DNA of 64,000 bases from an uncultured bacterium (GTDB lineage Bacteria; Chloroflexota; Dormibacteria; Aeolococcales; Aeolococcaceae): assembly GCA_963716555.1 (NCBI GenBank), contig CAVQTJ010000018.1, positions 263,530-327,529 on the forward strand, read 5' to 3'. Every line of letters starts with the position of its first letter. Positions within the stretch are counted from its first letter, which is position 1. The position numbers were made by a program, and so were the translations under genes. The notes beneath the pieces were generated by a model. That model had not been told where the DNA came from. It saw only the letters and a list, made by a program, of their open reading frames with translations, and ran no database searches. Of the stretch, positions 43,750-53,185 are shown in pieces.

Positions 43750-44232
43750 GTGCGTTGGAAGGAATTCGCCGCCATCTGCCCAGAGCTCGCGGCCCTGGGT
43801 GAGCAGCGCTTCCGCAGCCACGGCCTGTGCCTGGTCGGCACCCTGCGGCGTGACGGTCATCCCCGCATCAGCCCGGTGGAGCCCGACTTCGTGGACGGCG
43901 AGCTGATGTTGGGAATGATGTGGCGCTCTGCCAAGGCCCTGGACCTGCTCCGCGATCCACGCTGCGTGATCCACAGCGTGGTCTCCGACCGGGAGGGCGG
44001 AGGCGGCGACTTCAAGCTCTACGGCCGTGCCGTCCAGGTCGATGACCCCGAGCGTCGATCCCGCTACCGGGCGGCGATCAGAGCTCGCACCGGCTGGGAG
44101 CCGGCCGAGCCCGACTATCACTGCTTCGCCATCGACGTGGAATCGGCGGGCTTCGTGGTCTTCAAGGAGCAGCGATACGGCCTCGCCTGGACTCCCGAGG
44201 GTGGGCTTCGCCGCTGGACGATCGGCGGTTGA
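43750..44232 (+). CDS. Pyridoxamine 5'-phosphate oxidase-like split-barrel flavin-binding protein
   Basis: GTLRRDGHPRISPVE and SAKALDLLRDPRC motifs. Confidence 0.85.
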   Translation: MRWKEFAAICPELAALGEQRFRSHGLCLVGTLRRDGHPRISPVEPDFVDGELMLGMMWRSAKALDLLRDPRCVIHSVVSDREGGGGDFKLYGRAVQVDDPERRSRYRAAIRARTGWEPAEPDYHCFAIDVESAGFVVFKEQRYGLAWTPEGGLRRWTIGG

Positions 44233-44238
44233 AACCGC

Positions 44239-44892
44239 TCAGACCATGCGGCGGTCCATCGCCCAGCGGGTCAGCTCGTAACGGCTGGACAGCTGCAGCT
44301 TGCGCAGCACCGCCGAGACGTGGGTCTCCACGGTCTTCACCGAGAGGTTGAGGCGGACTCCGATCTCCTTGTAGGTGAAGCCGCGGGCGATGTGGCGCAG
44401 CACCTCGCGCTCCCGCGGGGTGAGCTGGTCCAGCTCAGGGTCGATGGCGGTGGGCAGCTCTCCCCGGAAGGCGTCAAGGACAAATCCTGCCAGTCGTGGC
44501 GAGAACACCGCGTCGCCGCCGCGGATGCGCCGGATCGCGTCGCGCAGCTCGGCAGGGGTGATGGACTTGGTGACGTAGCCGCGAGCTCCGGCCCGGATCA
44601 CCGCGATGACGTCCTCGGGGGCGTCGGATACCGAGATGGCCAGGAAGCTGGGAGCGTCGACCCCCCGGCGGCGCACCGCATCGATCACCGTGGCGCCGCC
44701 CCCGCCGGGGAGGTGAACGTCGAGCAGCACCACGTCGGGAAGGCTGGCGACGATGCCCGCAACCGCCGAGTCGACGTCACCGGCGTCGCCGACGATCTCG
44801 AAGCTGTCGCCCAGCTCGGCGCGCAGCCCGCTGCGAAACAGCTCGTGGTCGTCCACCAGGAAGAGCCGGGTGGGCGGCTTGATCGGGCTCAT
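44239..44892 (-). CDS. NarL/LuxR family response regulator
   Basis: LVDDH, LLDVHLP, GARGYVTK and LTPREREVL...KTVETHVS motifs. Confidence 0.94.
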   Translation of the reverse strand: MSPIKPPTRLFLVDDHELFRSGLRAELGDSFEIVGDAGDVDSAVAGIVASLPDVVLLDVHLPGGGGATVIDAVRRRGVDAPSFLAISVSDAPEDVIAVIRAGARGYVTKSITPAELRDAIRRIRGGDAVFSPRLAGFVLDAFRGELPTAIDPELDQLTPREREVLRHIARGFTYKEIGVRLNLSVKTVETHVSAVLRKLQLSSRYELTRWAMDRRMV

Positions 44893-46223
44893 CCGCCGGT
44901 CCTCGGCAGGCGAAGCTGGACCTCGGTGCCCTCGCCGAGACGGCTGACGATGGTCGCAGTGCCGCCCTGTCGCCGCATCCGTCCGACGATGGACTCGGCG
45001 ATTCCGCGACGGTCGCTGGGGACTGCGGCCGGGTCGAATCCGCGTCCCTGGTCGCGGATGTAGGCGGTGATGGCGTCCGAGTCGGCCTCCAGGAAGAGCG
45101 AGACCCGGGGCGCACCGGCGTGGCGGGCGGCGTTGGTCACGGCCTCCTGGCAGGCGAGGACCAGGGCGCGGACCCGCTCGTCGACGGGCGCGTCTCCCAC
45201 GACCACGGTGTCGACGGTCAGGTGATGGTTCTCCTCGACTCGTGACGCCATGGCGTCGACCGCCCCGCGCAGGTCCACCTCGGCCTCGACGCTGGGGCGG
45301 CCCCCCAGCCAGGCGCGCAGCTCCCGCTCCTGACGGCGAGCCAGCGCGGTGATCTCGGCGGGCGCCTCGCTCCTCTGGATCAGGGCCAGGGTGTGGAGCA
45401 CGAAGTCGTGGAGGTGGGCGGCGATCTCGGCGCGCTCCTCGGAGCGGATTCGCTGCCGCCGCTCCTCGGCGGCGTCCCGCGCCAACCGGACGATCCAGGG
45501 GCCGAGGATCAGGCCCAGGCCGGCGGCGGTCACCACCACCGCCAGCGCCGCCGCCCGAGTCGAGGTGAGGGCCCGGTTCGCCTCCAGGAAGGTGGCCATC
45601 CCCCCCGCCACCAGCAGCGCGCCGACGCCGATCCGGAGCGGCGACGCCCGTCCGGCGAGCACCGACGCGAACGGGCCGGCGGGACTGCGCGCGCCGGTCT
45701 CCGGCCACGATCGTCGCCCGCCGTCGTCGCCGCGGCCCCAGATCACCGCCGAGCCGCCCGCCGCCAGGGCGAGCGGCCAGACCACCGGGTCGCCGAACCA
45801 CAGGCCGAGGTCGCGGGCGATGAGCAGCAGGCCGACCACGATGCAGCCGGTGGCGGCGATCTGGCGGTTGCGGGGCAGCCAGCGCACCGAATGGTCGGGT
45901 GGGGTGGGGCTGGGCGCGACGCTGGCTCCCCAGGCGACCACGTAGAGGACGATGCCCAGACCTCCCGCGGCGACCAGAACGGCAAAGCCGAGGCGGATGA
46001 GCAGGGGATCCACACCGAAGTGGCGGCCGAGGCCACCGGCCACCCCCAGCACCACCCGGTCGGACTCGCTGCGAGCGAATCGGTGGCTCAGCATCGACGG
46101 CTCGGCGGGCCCCGGGGCGCCGGACGCCCGGCCGTCAGCCGGGGGACCCTCGCGGGCCAGGCTGTCGGTGAGCGGTCGGCTGGTCACGCTCACAGGTTCG
46201 CACGCCTCGGACGGCGCCGCCAT
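44889..46223 (-). CDS. PspC-domain sensor histidine kinase
   Basis: DRVVLGVAGGLG PspC motif, TM helices, ERAEIAAHLHD, EAVTNAARH and RDQGRGFD; exact start uncertain. Confidence 0.9.
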   Translation of the reverse strand: MAAPSEACEPVSVTSRPLTDSLAREGPPADGRASGAPGPAEPSMLSHRFARSESDRVVLGVAGGLGRHFGVDPLLIRLGFAVLVAAGGLGIVLYVVAWGASVAPSPTPPDHSVRWLPRNRQIAATGCIVVGLLLIARDLGLWFGDPVVWPLALAAGGSAVIWGRGDDGGRRSWPETGARSPAGPFASVLAGRASPLRIGVGALLVAGGMATFLEANRALTSTRAAALAVVVTAAGLGLILGPWIVRLARDAAEERRQRIRSEERAEIAAHLHDFVLHTLALIQRSEAPAEITALARRQERELRAWLGGRPSVEAEVDLRGAVDAMASRVEENHHLTVDTVVVGDAPVDERVRALVLACQEAVTNAARHAGAPRVSLFLEADSDAITAYIRDQGRGFDPAAVPSDRRGIAESIVGRMRRQGGTATIVSRLGEGTEVQLRLPRTGG

Positions 46224-46372
46224 CCAGATCGTCCCTGAGGCAACTCGGGGTGTGACCAGGGAGAAGGCAGGGGATTCCCCGATGTCGGGCTCCCAGTGAG
46301 CCGCTCACAATCGCGACGTCAGCGGTTCAGCGGCCGGCTCACCGGACGCGAACCAAATTCAGGAGACATCCC

Positions 46373-47623
46373 ATGGGGCAGGCGCCCACCTCCGACTCCG
46401 GCGACCCGGGATTCGTCCCGCCCCCGCCGCCACCACCTCTGCCACCGCTCCCGCCCCGCCGGCTGTGCCGGCGGCGGGACAACCGGGTCTTCGCCGGAGT
46501 GGCCAGCGGCATCGCCGACTACCTCGGCGCCGACCCGGTGTGGATCCGGGTCGCCTTCGTCGCCGCCACCTTCTTCGGAGGCATCGGCATCCTGGCTTAC
46601 CTGGTCGGATGGGTGGCCATGCCGGTCTCCGACCACCCCGGCCCGGTCGGAGGCGGGCCGGCACGGGTCTGGGCACCGCACGCCGATGCCCGCCTGGTGG
46701 TGGGGGTCGGCCTTCTCCTGCTGGCGGCCCTGGTGCTCGCGGGCAGCCTCAGCAGCGAGCACTGGGGGCTGGTCTGGGGAGCGGTGCTGGTCGCCGCCGG
46801 TGTGCTCCTGGTCGTCGAGGCACGCTGGCCCGCGGGGGCCGGACGGCCGGGAGCGCCGCCATATGGCGACTGGACACCTCCGACCGTGCCCGCCATGCCC
46901 CCCTCGTCAGGCTGGAGCGGCACCGCCCAGGCGGCCGCCCTCCCGATCTCCGAGTTCGCCCCCCGCGGGCCCGCCCCGGCGGCGCCCATCATGACGGCGC
47001 GGCGGTTTCCGACAGGTCTGGCTACAACCGCAGCCCTGCTGCTGACCATCGGGATCGCCGCCCTGCTGGACAACCTGGGGCTGGTGACGATCAGTCCGGC
47101 GGCCGGATTCGGGCTCGTGCTCCTGGTGATAGGAGCGGGGCTGGTCGCCGGGTTCTGGCTCGGCCGGTCTTGGTGGCTGATCGCCCTCGGGCTCATCCTG
47201 CTGCCCTTTGCGACGGCCGCCACGGTGATCGACGAGCCCCTGACCGGAGGCACCGGCCAGGTCCGCTATGCGCCGCAGACGGTCTCCGCCATCCGGCCCG
47301 AGTACCACCTGGCCGCCGGGCAGCTCATCGTCGACCTGAGCCAGGTGGAGCTGGGGAGCGCCGCGATCCCCATAACGGTCACCGACGCGGCGGGTCAGGT
47401 GATCGTCATCGTTCCCTCGGATGCCGATGTCCAGGTGACCGCCTCGGCCGGTGCCGGCGAGTTGCGTGTCCTCGGCCATGTCGACGGCGGCTACCAGGTC
47501 AGCAGCCGGGTGAGCTCGCCCGGCACGGGAGCGTCCACCGGCGTCCTGGACATCGACGTGAGCGTTGGCGTGGGCCAGGTGACCGTCGAGCAGGGTTCAC
47601 CCACCTTCGGTTCTGCAAGTTGA
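46373..47623 (+). CDS. PspC-domain membrane protein with C-terminal LiaF/DUF2154-like beta domain
   Basis: NRVFAGVASGIADYLG PspC motif, several TM segments, C-terminal G.L.VDLS beta repeats; AGGAG SD. Confidence 0.85.
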   Translation: MGQAPTSDSGDPGFVPPPPPPPLPPLPPRRLCRRRDNRVFAGVASGIADYLGADPVWIRVAFVAATFFGGIGILAYLVGWVAMPVSDHPGPVGGGPARVWAPHADARLVVGVGLLLLAALVLAGSLSSEHWGLVWGAVLVAAGVLLVVEARWPAGAGRPGAPPYGDWTPPTVPAMPPSSGWSGTAQAAALPISEFAPRGPAPAAPIMTARRFPTGLATTAALLLTIGIAALLDNLGLVTISPAAGFGLVLLVIGAGLVAGFWLGRSWWLIALGLILLPFATAATVIDEPLTGGTGQVRYAPQTVSAIRPEYHLAAGQLIVDLSQVELGSAAIPITVTDAAGQVIVIVPSDADVQVTASAGAGELRVLGHVDGGYQVSSRVSSPGTGASTGVLDIDVSVGVGQVTVEQGSPTFGSAS

Positions 47624-47633
47624 GGGCGGCACG

Positions 47634-47843
47634 ATGACTGGACGAATTCTGGATCCCGTCTCCCTGGTCTTTGGCCTGATCTTCGCCGCCGTGGGAGGCT
47701 TCCTGCTGGTGGGCCAGGCCGACACCCTGGTTCGACTTCGCTGGGCCTGGCCCATCGCCCTGATCGTGATCGCCGGCGCCCTGCTCACCTGGCTGGCCGT
47801 GGATCGATACCGGGGGCGTCCGCTCGACGGCCCACGGGGCTGA
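47634..47843 (+). CDS. Small two-TM membrane protein of the PspC locus
   Basis: LDPVSLVFGLIF and WAWPIALIVIAG segments; directly follows the PspC gene. Confidence 0.75.
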   Translation: MTGRILDPVSLVFGLIFAAVGGFLLVGQADTLVRLRWAWPIALIVIAGALLTWLAVDRYRGRPLDGPRG

Positions 47844-47898
47844 GCGCGGCCTGATTCGATCTCCCAGTGATCGCGGACTCCTGCTATCATCGCCGCCA

Positions 47899-47982
47899 AT
47901 GTTCGCGATCGCGTCGCGCTTCTACTTTTCCTTTGAGTACGCCTCGCCGGCCGCCAGGCCGGTGCGGGGTGCTGCCGAGTAG
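47899..47982 (+). CDS. Phe/Tyr-rich leader peptide (27 aa) of the DAHP synthase-chorismate mutase gene
   Basis: MFAIASRFYFSFEYASPAARPVRGAAE; TGcTATCAT extended -10 ends 8 nt upstream of the ATG. Confidence 0.75.
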   Translation: MFAIASRFYFSFEYASPAARPVRGAAE

Positions 47983-48070
47983 GTAGACCCGCGCCGAGGT
48001 CCGGGCGGCCAGGAGGCCGGCCCGGATCACCGCGAACCGGAGCCCGGCCCTCACCACACTGGAGGCTCCG

Positions 48071-49195
48071 ATGCTGACCGACCTGCTGAAGCCCACCCTG
48101 TCGTCGCCTGAGCGCCGTCGCGTCGCCATCGACGACGTGGTCTTCGGCGGTCCGGCAGTGCCGGTCATCGCCGGGCCATGTGCGGTCGAGCCCGACTACG
48201 TCAGCCACGCCCTGGCCATGCGCGACGCCGGTGCTTCGCTGCTGAGGGCCAGCATCTTCAAGCCGCGCACCCGTCCCGACGCCTTCCAGGGAATGGGGGA
48301 GGCGGGGCTCGAGCTGGTGGAGCGCGCGCGCGCGCTGACCGGAAAACCCATCCTGGTCGAACCCCTGTCGGTGGAGCATGTCGAGATGCTCAGCGGTCGG
48401 GTGGACGCGTTCATGATCGGCGCGCGCTCGATGCAGAACACACCGTTGCTGCGCGCCGCCGGCCGCTCCGGTCTTCCGGTCGTGCTCAAGCGCGGAATGG
48501 CCGCCACCTATGACGAATGGCTGGCCGCGGCCGAGTACGTTCTTGCCGAGGACAACCCTCGGGTGATCCTCTGCGAGCGGGGCATCCGCACCTTCGAGAC
48601 CGCCACCCGCAACACCCTGGATGTGTCGGCGGTGCCGGTGCTGCGAGAGCGCACTCCGCTGCCGGTGATCGTCGATCCCAGCCACGCGGCCGGCCGCGCC
48701 GACTGGGTGCCCGCGCTGGCCCTCGCCGCGGTTGCCGCTGGTGCCGACGGGCTGCTCATCGAATCGCACCCGGTCCCCGCCGAGTCCTGGAGCGACGCCG
48801 CCCAGGCGATCACCCCCTCAACCCTCGAGGCGATCATCGCCGGGGCGGACGTGCTGGCGCCGATGCTGCGCGGGCATCAGGCGACCGAGCTGTCTGAGCA
48901 TCGGCGGATCATTGATTCGCTCGATCTCGCCCTCGGAGCTGTGCTGCAGAGCCGGGCCGGTGCGGTGGATGCGGTCCAGCGTGACAAGCGCCGCAGTGGT
49001 CTTCCGGTCCGTGACCCTGCGCGCGAGAGGGACGTCATCACTCATGTGGCTTCGCGGGTGCCGAGGCTCTCCGCCGACTCGGTCGCCCGGGTGATGACGG
49101 CGATCATGGATGGCTGCGTCGAGGCGGCCGGTCGTTCGGCTGCGGCGGAGGCCGAGGCGGCGGAGGCTGGGGCGGGGGCGGTCCGAAGCTCGTGA
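48071..49195 (+). CDS. aroF: Type I-beta DAHP synthase fused to a C-terminal AroQ chorismate mutase domain
   Basis: IAGPCAVE, FKPRT, IGARSMQN, LKRG, CERGIRTFE and DPSHA motifs; C-terminal R..ID..D...R....K...RDPARE. Confidence 0.9.
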   Translation: MLTDLLKPTLSSPERRRVAIDDVVFGGPAVPVIAGPCAVEPDYVSHALAMRDAGASLLRASIFKPRTRPDAFQGMGEAGLELVERARALTGKPILVEPLSVEHVEMLSGRVDAFMIGARSMQNTPLLRAAGRSGLPVVLKRGMAATYDEWLAAAEYVLAEDNPRVILCERGIRTFETATRNTLDVSAVPVLRERTPLPVIVDPSHAAGRADWVPALALAAVAAGADGLLIESHPVPAESWSDAAQAITPSTLEAIIAGADVLAPMLRGHQATELSEHRRIIDSLDLALGAVLQSRAGAVDAVQRDKRRSGLPVRDPARERDVITHVASRVPRLSADSVARVMTAIMDGCVEAAGRSAAAEAEAAEAGAGAVRSS

Positions 49196-49635
49196 CCGCC
49201 GGCGTCATCGGTCGCGGCGAGGGCAGCGCGCGCTACACCGCCCGGGGCAGCGTGATGCTGTTCAAGGCGCTGGCCGAGCAGGATGGCGGCGACCTTTCGC
49301 TGATGGAGCGCACCCTGCCCGCCGGCGGGCGCCGGCCGCCCGCGCACCGGCATGTGGATACCACGGAGGCCTATTTCGTGCTGGATGGGAGGGTCGCCGT
49401 CATGGTCGAGGCGGAGGAGTTGACGCTGGGGCCGGAGGGTTTTGTGCTGGTGCCTCGAGGCACGGCCCACACCTTCGGCAATGCAGGTGATGAGGAGGCT
49501 CGGCTGCTGGTGATCCACGCGCCCGCCATGGATCGCTACTTCGCCGCGCTGCACGATCTGTGGAATCGTGGTCGGGCTCCATCTCCGGATGAGGAGCGGG
49601 CCCTGATGGCGCGCTTCGGGATGGAGGTGGTCTGA
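49192..49635 (+). CDS. Cupin domain protein
   Basis: PPAHRH..TEAYFVLDG and VPRGTAHTFGN motifs; start overlaps the upstream stop. Confidence 0.88.
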   Translation: MTAGVIGRGEGSARYTARGSVMLFKALAEQDGGDLSLMERTLPAGGRRPPAHRHVDTTEAYFVLDGRVAVMVEAEELTLGPEGFVLVPRGTAHTFGNAGDEEARLLVIHAPAMDRYFAALHDLWNRGRAPSPDEERALMARFGMEVV

Positions 49636-49651
49636 CCCGCTGCGCCGCCGC

Positions 49652-49942
49652 TCAGGACGCGGTGCGTCGTCCCTTGGGAACGTAGTCGAAGAACCGCTCG
49701 GCGGTTCCGGAAGAGGTCCATTCGGAGCGCAGCCGGGTGCGGCGCTCTCTCTGGCGGAGCGCGGTGAGCAGGTCGCGATTGAGGTCGCGGGCGCTCTGGC
49801 CGGCGACCGTGGCCTCGACGTGAAAGCCATGATCGGTGCTGGTCACCGCGCCGGGGAAGCGCTCGTCGAGGAGCGGTCGGACCGCTTGGGGAGCGTCGCT
49901 GCTGATGTCGGCGACGAGGCGGAAGCTCTGCTCTGCACTCAC
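49652..49942 (-). CDS. Conserved-looking hypothetical protein (96 aa)
   Basis: SARDLNRDLLTALRQ.ERRTRLRSEWT and ERFFDYVPKG; TATCCT -10 shortly upstream of the GTG. Confidence 0.6.
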   Translation of the reverse strand: MSAEQSFRLVADISSDAPQAVRPLLDERFPGAVTSTDHGFHVEATVAGQSARDLNRDLLTALRQRERRTRLRSEWTSSGTAERFFDYVPKGRRTAS

Positions 49943-49984
49943 CTGGCGCGAAGGATACGCGGAGGGCCGTCCCCGTGAGAGGCG

Positions 49985-50175
49985 GGCTGACAACGTGGCA
50001 GCGTGGGCGGGTCGGCGGGCACCGGGCCCAGGGTGCGGAAGCCGTCGGCGGTGCGGATCAACCGCCAGCCGCCCTCGTGCACCTTCCAGTGGTGACCCCG
50101 GCAGATGGTGACCAGGTTGGTCAGATCGCTCTGCTCTTGACATGGCGTGAGATCCCTATGACAAACTGCCGTCAT
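49985..50175 (-). pseudogene. HNH endonuclease C-terminal remnant (DUF222-HNH type)
   Basis: SDLTNLVTICRGHHWKVHEGGW motif without the upstream part of the protein. Confidence 0.65.
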
Positions 50176-50243
50176 TGCATCGTGCCCGCCTGACCGGTCC
50201 TGAGCGTCTCGGACGCTTGTCGGATGAGTTGCGCAAGAACTGG

Positions 50244-50302
50244 GCTGGGTTGCCAAGCACGTCTGGCGGATTGAGGAGATCGTGGCTTTGGTTGACGCTT
50301 GA
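50244..50302 (+). mobile_element. Possible remnant of an IS1-like transposase C-terminus
   Basis: Manual translation VAKHVWRIEEIVALVDA* resembles the AG..DHVW..EE ending of such transposases; short match only. Confidence 0.4.
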
Positions 50303-50501
50303 CCGCAGCTGGCCGACCCTGTCTCGCAGCTACCGTCTAGCCTTCCATAGGGCCGGGGTCGGCCAGCCGTAAGACGCTAGCGCATACGTGGCGGGCGTGT
50401 CGGTACGGTAGAAAGCCGAGTTGCCCAGCAGGTTCACCGGCCTTCCACGGGTGGTTCTCAAGTTCTCCGGCTCAGCGAGAAAAGCAATGTAAGCCCCGCG
50501 G

Positions 50502-52817
50502 TCAGGCGATGCTCGCGAGCCGCGACCTGTCACCGTCGCAGTGGCGCTCCGATGGCATCGCTCGGAGCAGCCTCAGTGCCTCGACGCTGGGCATCGGCCG
50601 ACCGAAGAGAAACCCCTGGGCGAGCTCGCAGCCCGCGTCGGTCAGCGGGGCGATCTGCGACTCGCGCTCGATGCCTTCCGCCACACATCGCAGACCCAGC
50701 GAATCGCACATCCGGACGATAGCACGAGCCGCCGAGCCCTCGGGCCGTCCGTTGTCGATCCCGTCCACGAAGAAGCGGTCGATCTTCAACTCCTCCACTG
50801 GGAGCCGCTGCAGGTAAGCGAGCGACGAGTAGCCAGTGCCGAAGTCGTCGACCGCGATCCTGATGCCGAGAGCGTGGAGGTCGCGCAACTGCCCGCCAGC
50901 GATGCTCGTCTCGTTGATGAAGGCGCCCTCGGTGACCTCGAGCACGAGCTGGTCAGCTCGCACCCTGAAGATGTCAAGCGCTGCGCCAACCTCGTCTGTA
51001 AAGGCCGGCTCTAGCAGTTGAACAACGGAGACATTGACGTTCATCCGCAACGCGCGTTCCGATTCGGCCTGCATGCGAGCGAAGTCTCGCAACGCCGTGC
51101 GCAGGACCCAGAGACCGATGCGCACGATGGCTCCCGTCTCTTCGGCAACGGGGATGAAGCGGTCTGGCGGGACCTCGCCGAAGCGAGGGTGTGTCCATCG
51201 AACCAGCGCCTCGAAGCCGACGACGGCACGGTCGCTGAGCCGCACGATGGGCTGATACGCCACGTGCATCTCGTCGCGGTCGAGTGCCGTGGCCAGCTCC
51301 TGCGCGAACTCGACGCGCTGCACGGCGTCGGTGTACATCGAATTCCGATACGCGACGATGCGATTCTTACCCTGCTCCTTGGCGGAGTACATCGCGATGT
51401 CGGCCTGCTGCGCGAGACGCTCTGACTCCACCTCGGCACTCGCCTCGACGAAACCGATACTCGCTCCGACGGTGAACACGCGGCCATCCACGGCAAAGTG
51501 GATCCGCAGCGCCTGAATCAGGCGCTCCCCGAATGCTCGAGCGTCGGTGTCACCAATGATGAGCACGGCGAACTCGTCGCCGCCCAGGCGCGCCATGACG
51601 TCGCTCGAGCGGCCGGTGGCACGCATGCGCTGCGCCACCTCAACGAGGACAGCGTCACCCGCGGCATGCCCGGCGAGGTCGTTAACACGCTTGAAATCGT
51701 CCAGGTCGATCATGAGCATCCCGACCGGTCCATTGTCCAGCGCGGCCACCGTGGCGCGGGAGAACGCCGACCGGTTGAGCAGCCCTGTGAGCGCGTCAGT
51801 TGTGGCCTGCGCCTCGAGTTCACCCCCGAGCGCAGTGAGGCGCCAGTTCAGTCCCGTCAGTCGGGCCATCACCAACAGGAAGGTGATGGCCGAGGCCGCT
51901 GCGACGACGGCGACGTCGGCGTCGACGCTGTCGAAGATGAGCACTGAAGGGCCGGTGAGGACGGCGAGGCTCAGGAACGCGAGGCGACCCTTGTTCAGCG
52001 TGGCGCGGGGCATCGAGGATCGGCGCGCAAGGGCGCGAGCCGCCGGGTGCACCGCCGCGGCGCCGACCAGCACGTAGGACGCCATCCACAGGCCATCGGT
52101 CGGCCCTCCGATCGCGTACGTGTTATGGAGCAGTCCGAACGCGTAGACCAGATCGGCCGTGAGCAGCGCGGTGAAGCTCGCCAGCAACAGGCGCGACGCC
52201 CCACTCCTGCTCAGGCCTGAGACGAGCAGGCTCATGAGCACCGCGAAGACGATGAGATCCATCGCTGGGTAGGCGACCGACACGGTCCGTGCAAGCGCCG
52301 ATTCGGCCGGCACTCGAAGGATGGGGCCGAGAACGCAGACCCACATGAGCGTCCCGCCGGCGACCGTGAGGATGGCCGCGTCGAGCAGGTCCCCCGCCTG
52401 CCGGCCACCGCGCTCCCTGCCAATGGCGAGGAGCGCGACGACGAAGCACGGGTACATCATCAACCACAGGACATCGACCGGACCGGGAAAGGGCAGCGCG
52501 TGCCCAGTGATGAGCCGATAAGCGTAATAGGGACCGTTGGCGAGAGTTGCGAGCGTCATCCCGGCACTGAGGGCGGCCCAGGCCAGGCGGTTGAAACGGC
52601 TGGCGCGCACTGCGGCGCAGAGCGTGGCCACCACCGCCACGGCGTTCACCGTGGTCAGGAGGACCGCCTGCGCCCAACTCGCCCTTGGCAGCAGGTAATA
52701 CGCGAGGATCGCCGCGGCCCCGAGGGCCGCATAGACCCTCCAGGTGCGCCCCGATGTCGATGCGTGAGCCTGAGGGTCGTTGAGCGAGTCATGACCGAGG
52801 ACTATCACGAGTGACAT
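50502..52817 (-). CDS. Membrane-anchored GGDEF-EAL protein
   Basis: Multi-TM N-terminus, TDALTGLLNR, ARLGGDEF, FEALVRW and VDDFGTGYSSL motifs. Confidence 0.92.
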   Translation of the reverse strand: MSLVIVLGHDSLNDPQAHASTSGRTWRVYAALGAAAILAYYLLPRASWAQAVLLTTVNAVAVVATLCAAVRASRFNRLAWAALSAGMTLATLANGPYYAYRLITGHALPFPGPVDVLWLMMYPCFVVALLAIGRERGGRQAGDLLDAAILTVAGGTLMWVCVLGPILRVPAESALARTVSVAYPAMDLIVFAVLMSLLVSGLSRSGASRLLLASFTALLTADLVYAFGLLHNTYAIGGPTDGLWMASYVLVGAAAVHPAARALARRSSMPRATLNKGRLAFLSLAVLTGPSVLIFDSVDADVAVVAAASAITFLLVMARLTGLNWRLTALGGELEAQATTDALTGLLNRSAFSRATVAALDNGPVGMLMIDLDDFKRVNDLAGHAAGDAVLVEVAQRMRATGRSSDVMARLGGDEFAVLIIGDTDARAFGERLIQALRIHFAVDGRVFTVGASIGFVEASAEVESERLAQQADIAMYSAKEQGKNRIVAYRNSMYTDAVQRVEFAQELATALDRDEMHVAYQPIVRLSDRAVVGFEALVRWTHPRFGEVPPDRFIPVAEETGAIVRIGLWVLRTALRDFARMQAESERALRMNVNVSVVQLLEPAFTDEVGAALDIFRVRADQLVLEVTEGAFINETSIAGGQLRDLHALGIRIAVDDFGTGYSSLAYLQRLPVEELKIDRFFVDGIDNGRPEGSAARAIVRMCDSLGLRCVAEGIERESQIAPLTDAGCELAQGFLFGRPMPSVEALRLLRAMPSERHCDGDRSRLASIA

Positions 52818-53185
52818 TTTTGCAGCGCTCGAAGTGCTTGACCTAGAGGCCGACGGCCCTAACACTGCATGCCAAACGGCTCGTGCGCTGGCGATTGTGC
52901 GTCCGCCTCAAGAGCAGCAAACCTGCTCTAACTGGGCGTCAGCAGCCCGGTATGGCAGGACGGCGCGGTGCCGGCGTTGGCGGCAGATTGCTGAGCAGGG
53001 TGCGAGGGAGCGGGCCGCGCCGGTTGCGGCGCTCGATCTCCCCCTCCGCACCATCGGCACCACGAGGTTGGGGCATCGTCCGTGCGGCCGGAGAACAGAT
53101 GCGCCCATCAACGCCGTGACAGGCGAGCGCCACCACCGTCGACATCCGGTTTGGATCCCACGCGGGCCGACGTGGTCGTTCGGGC

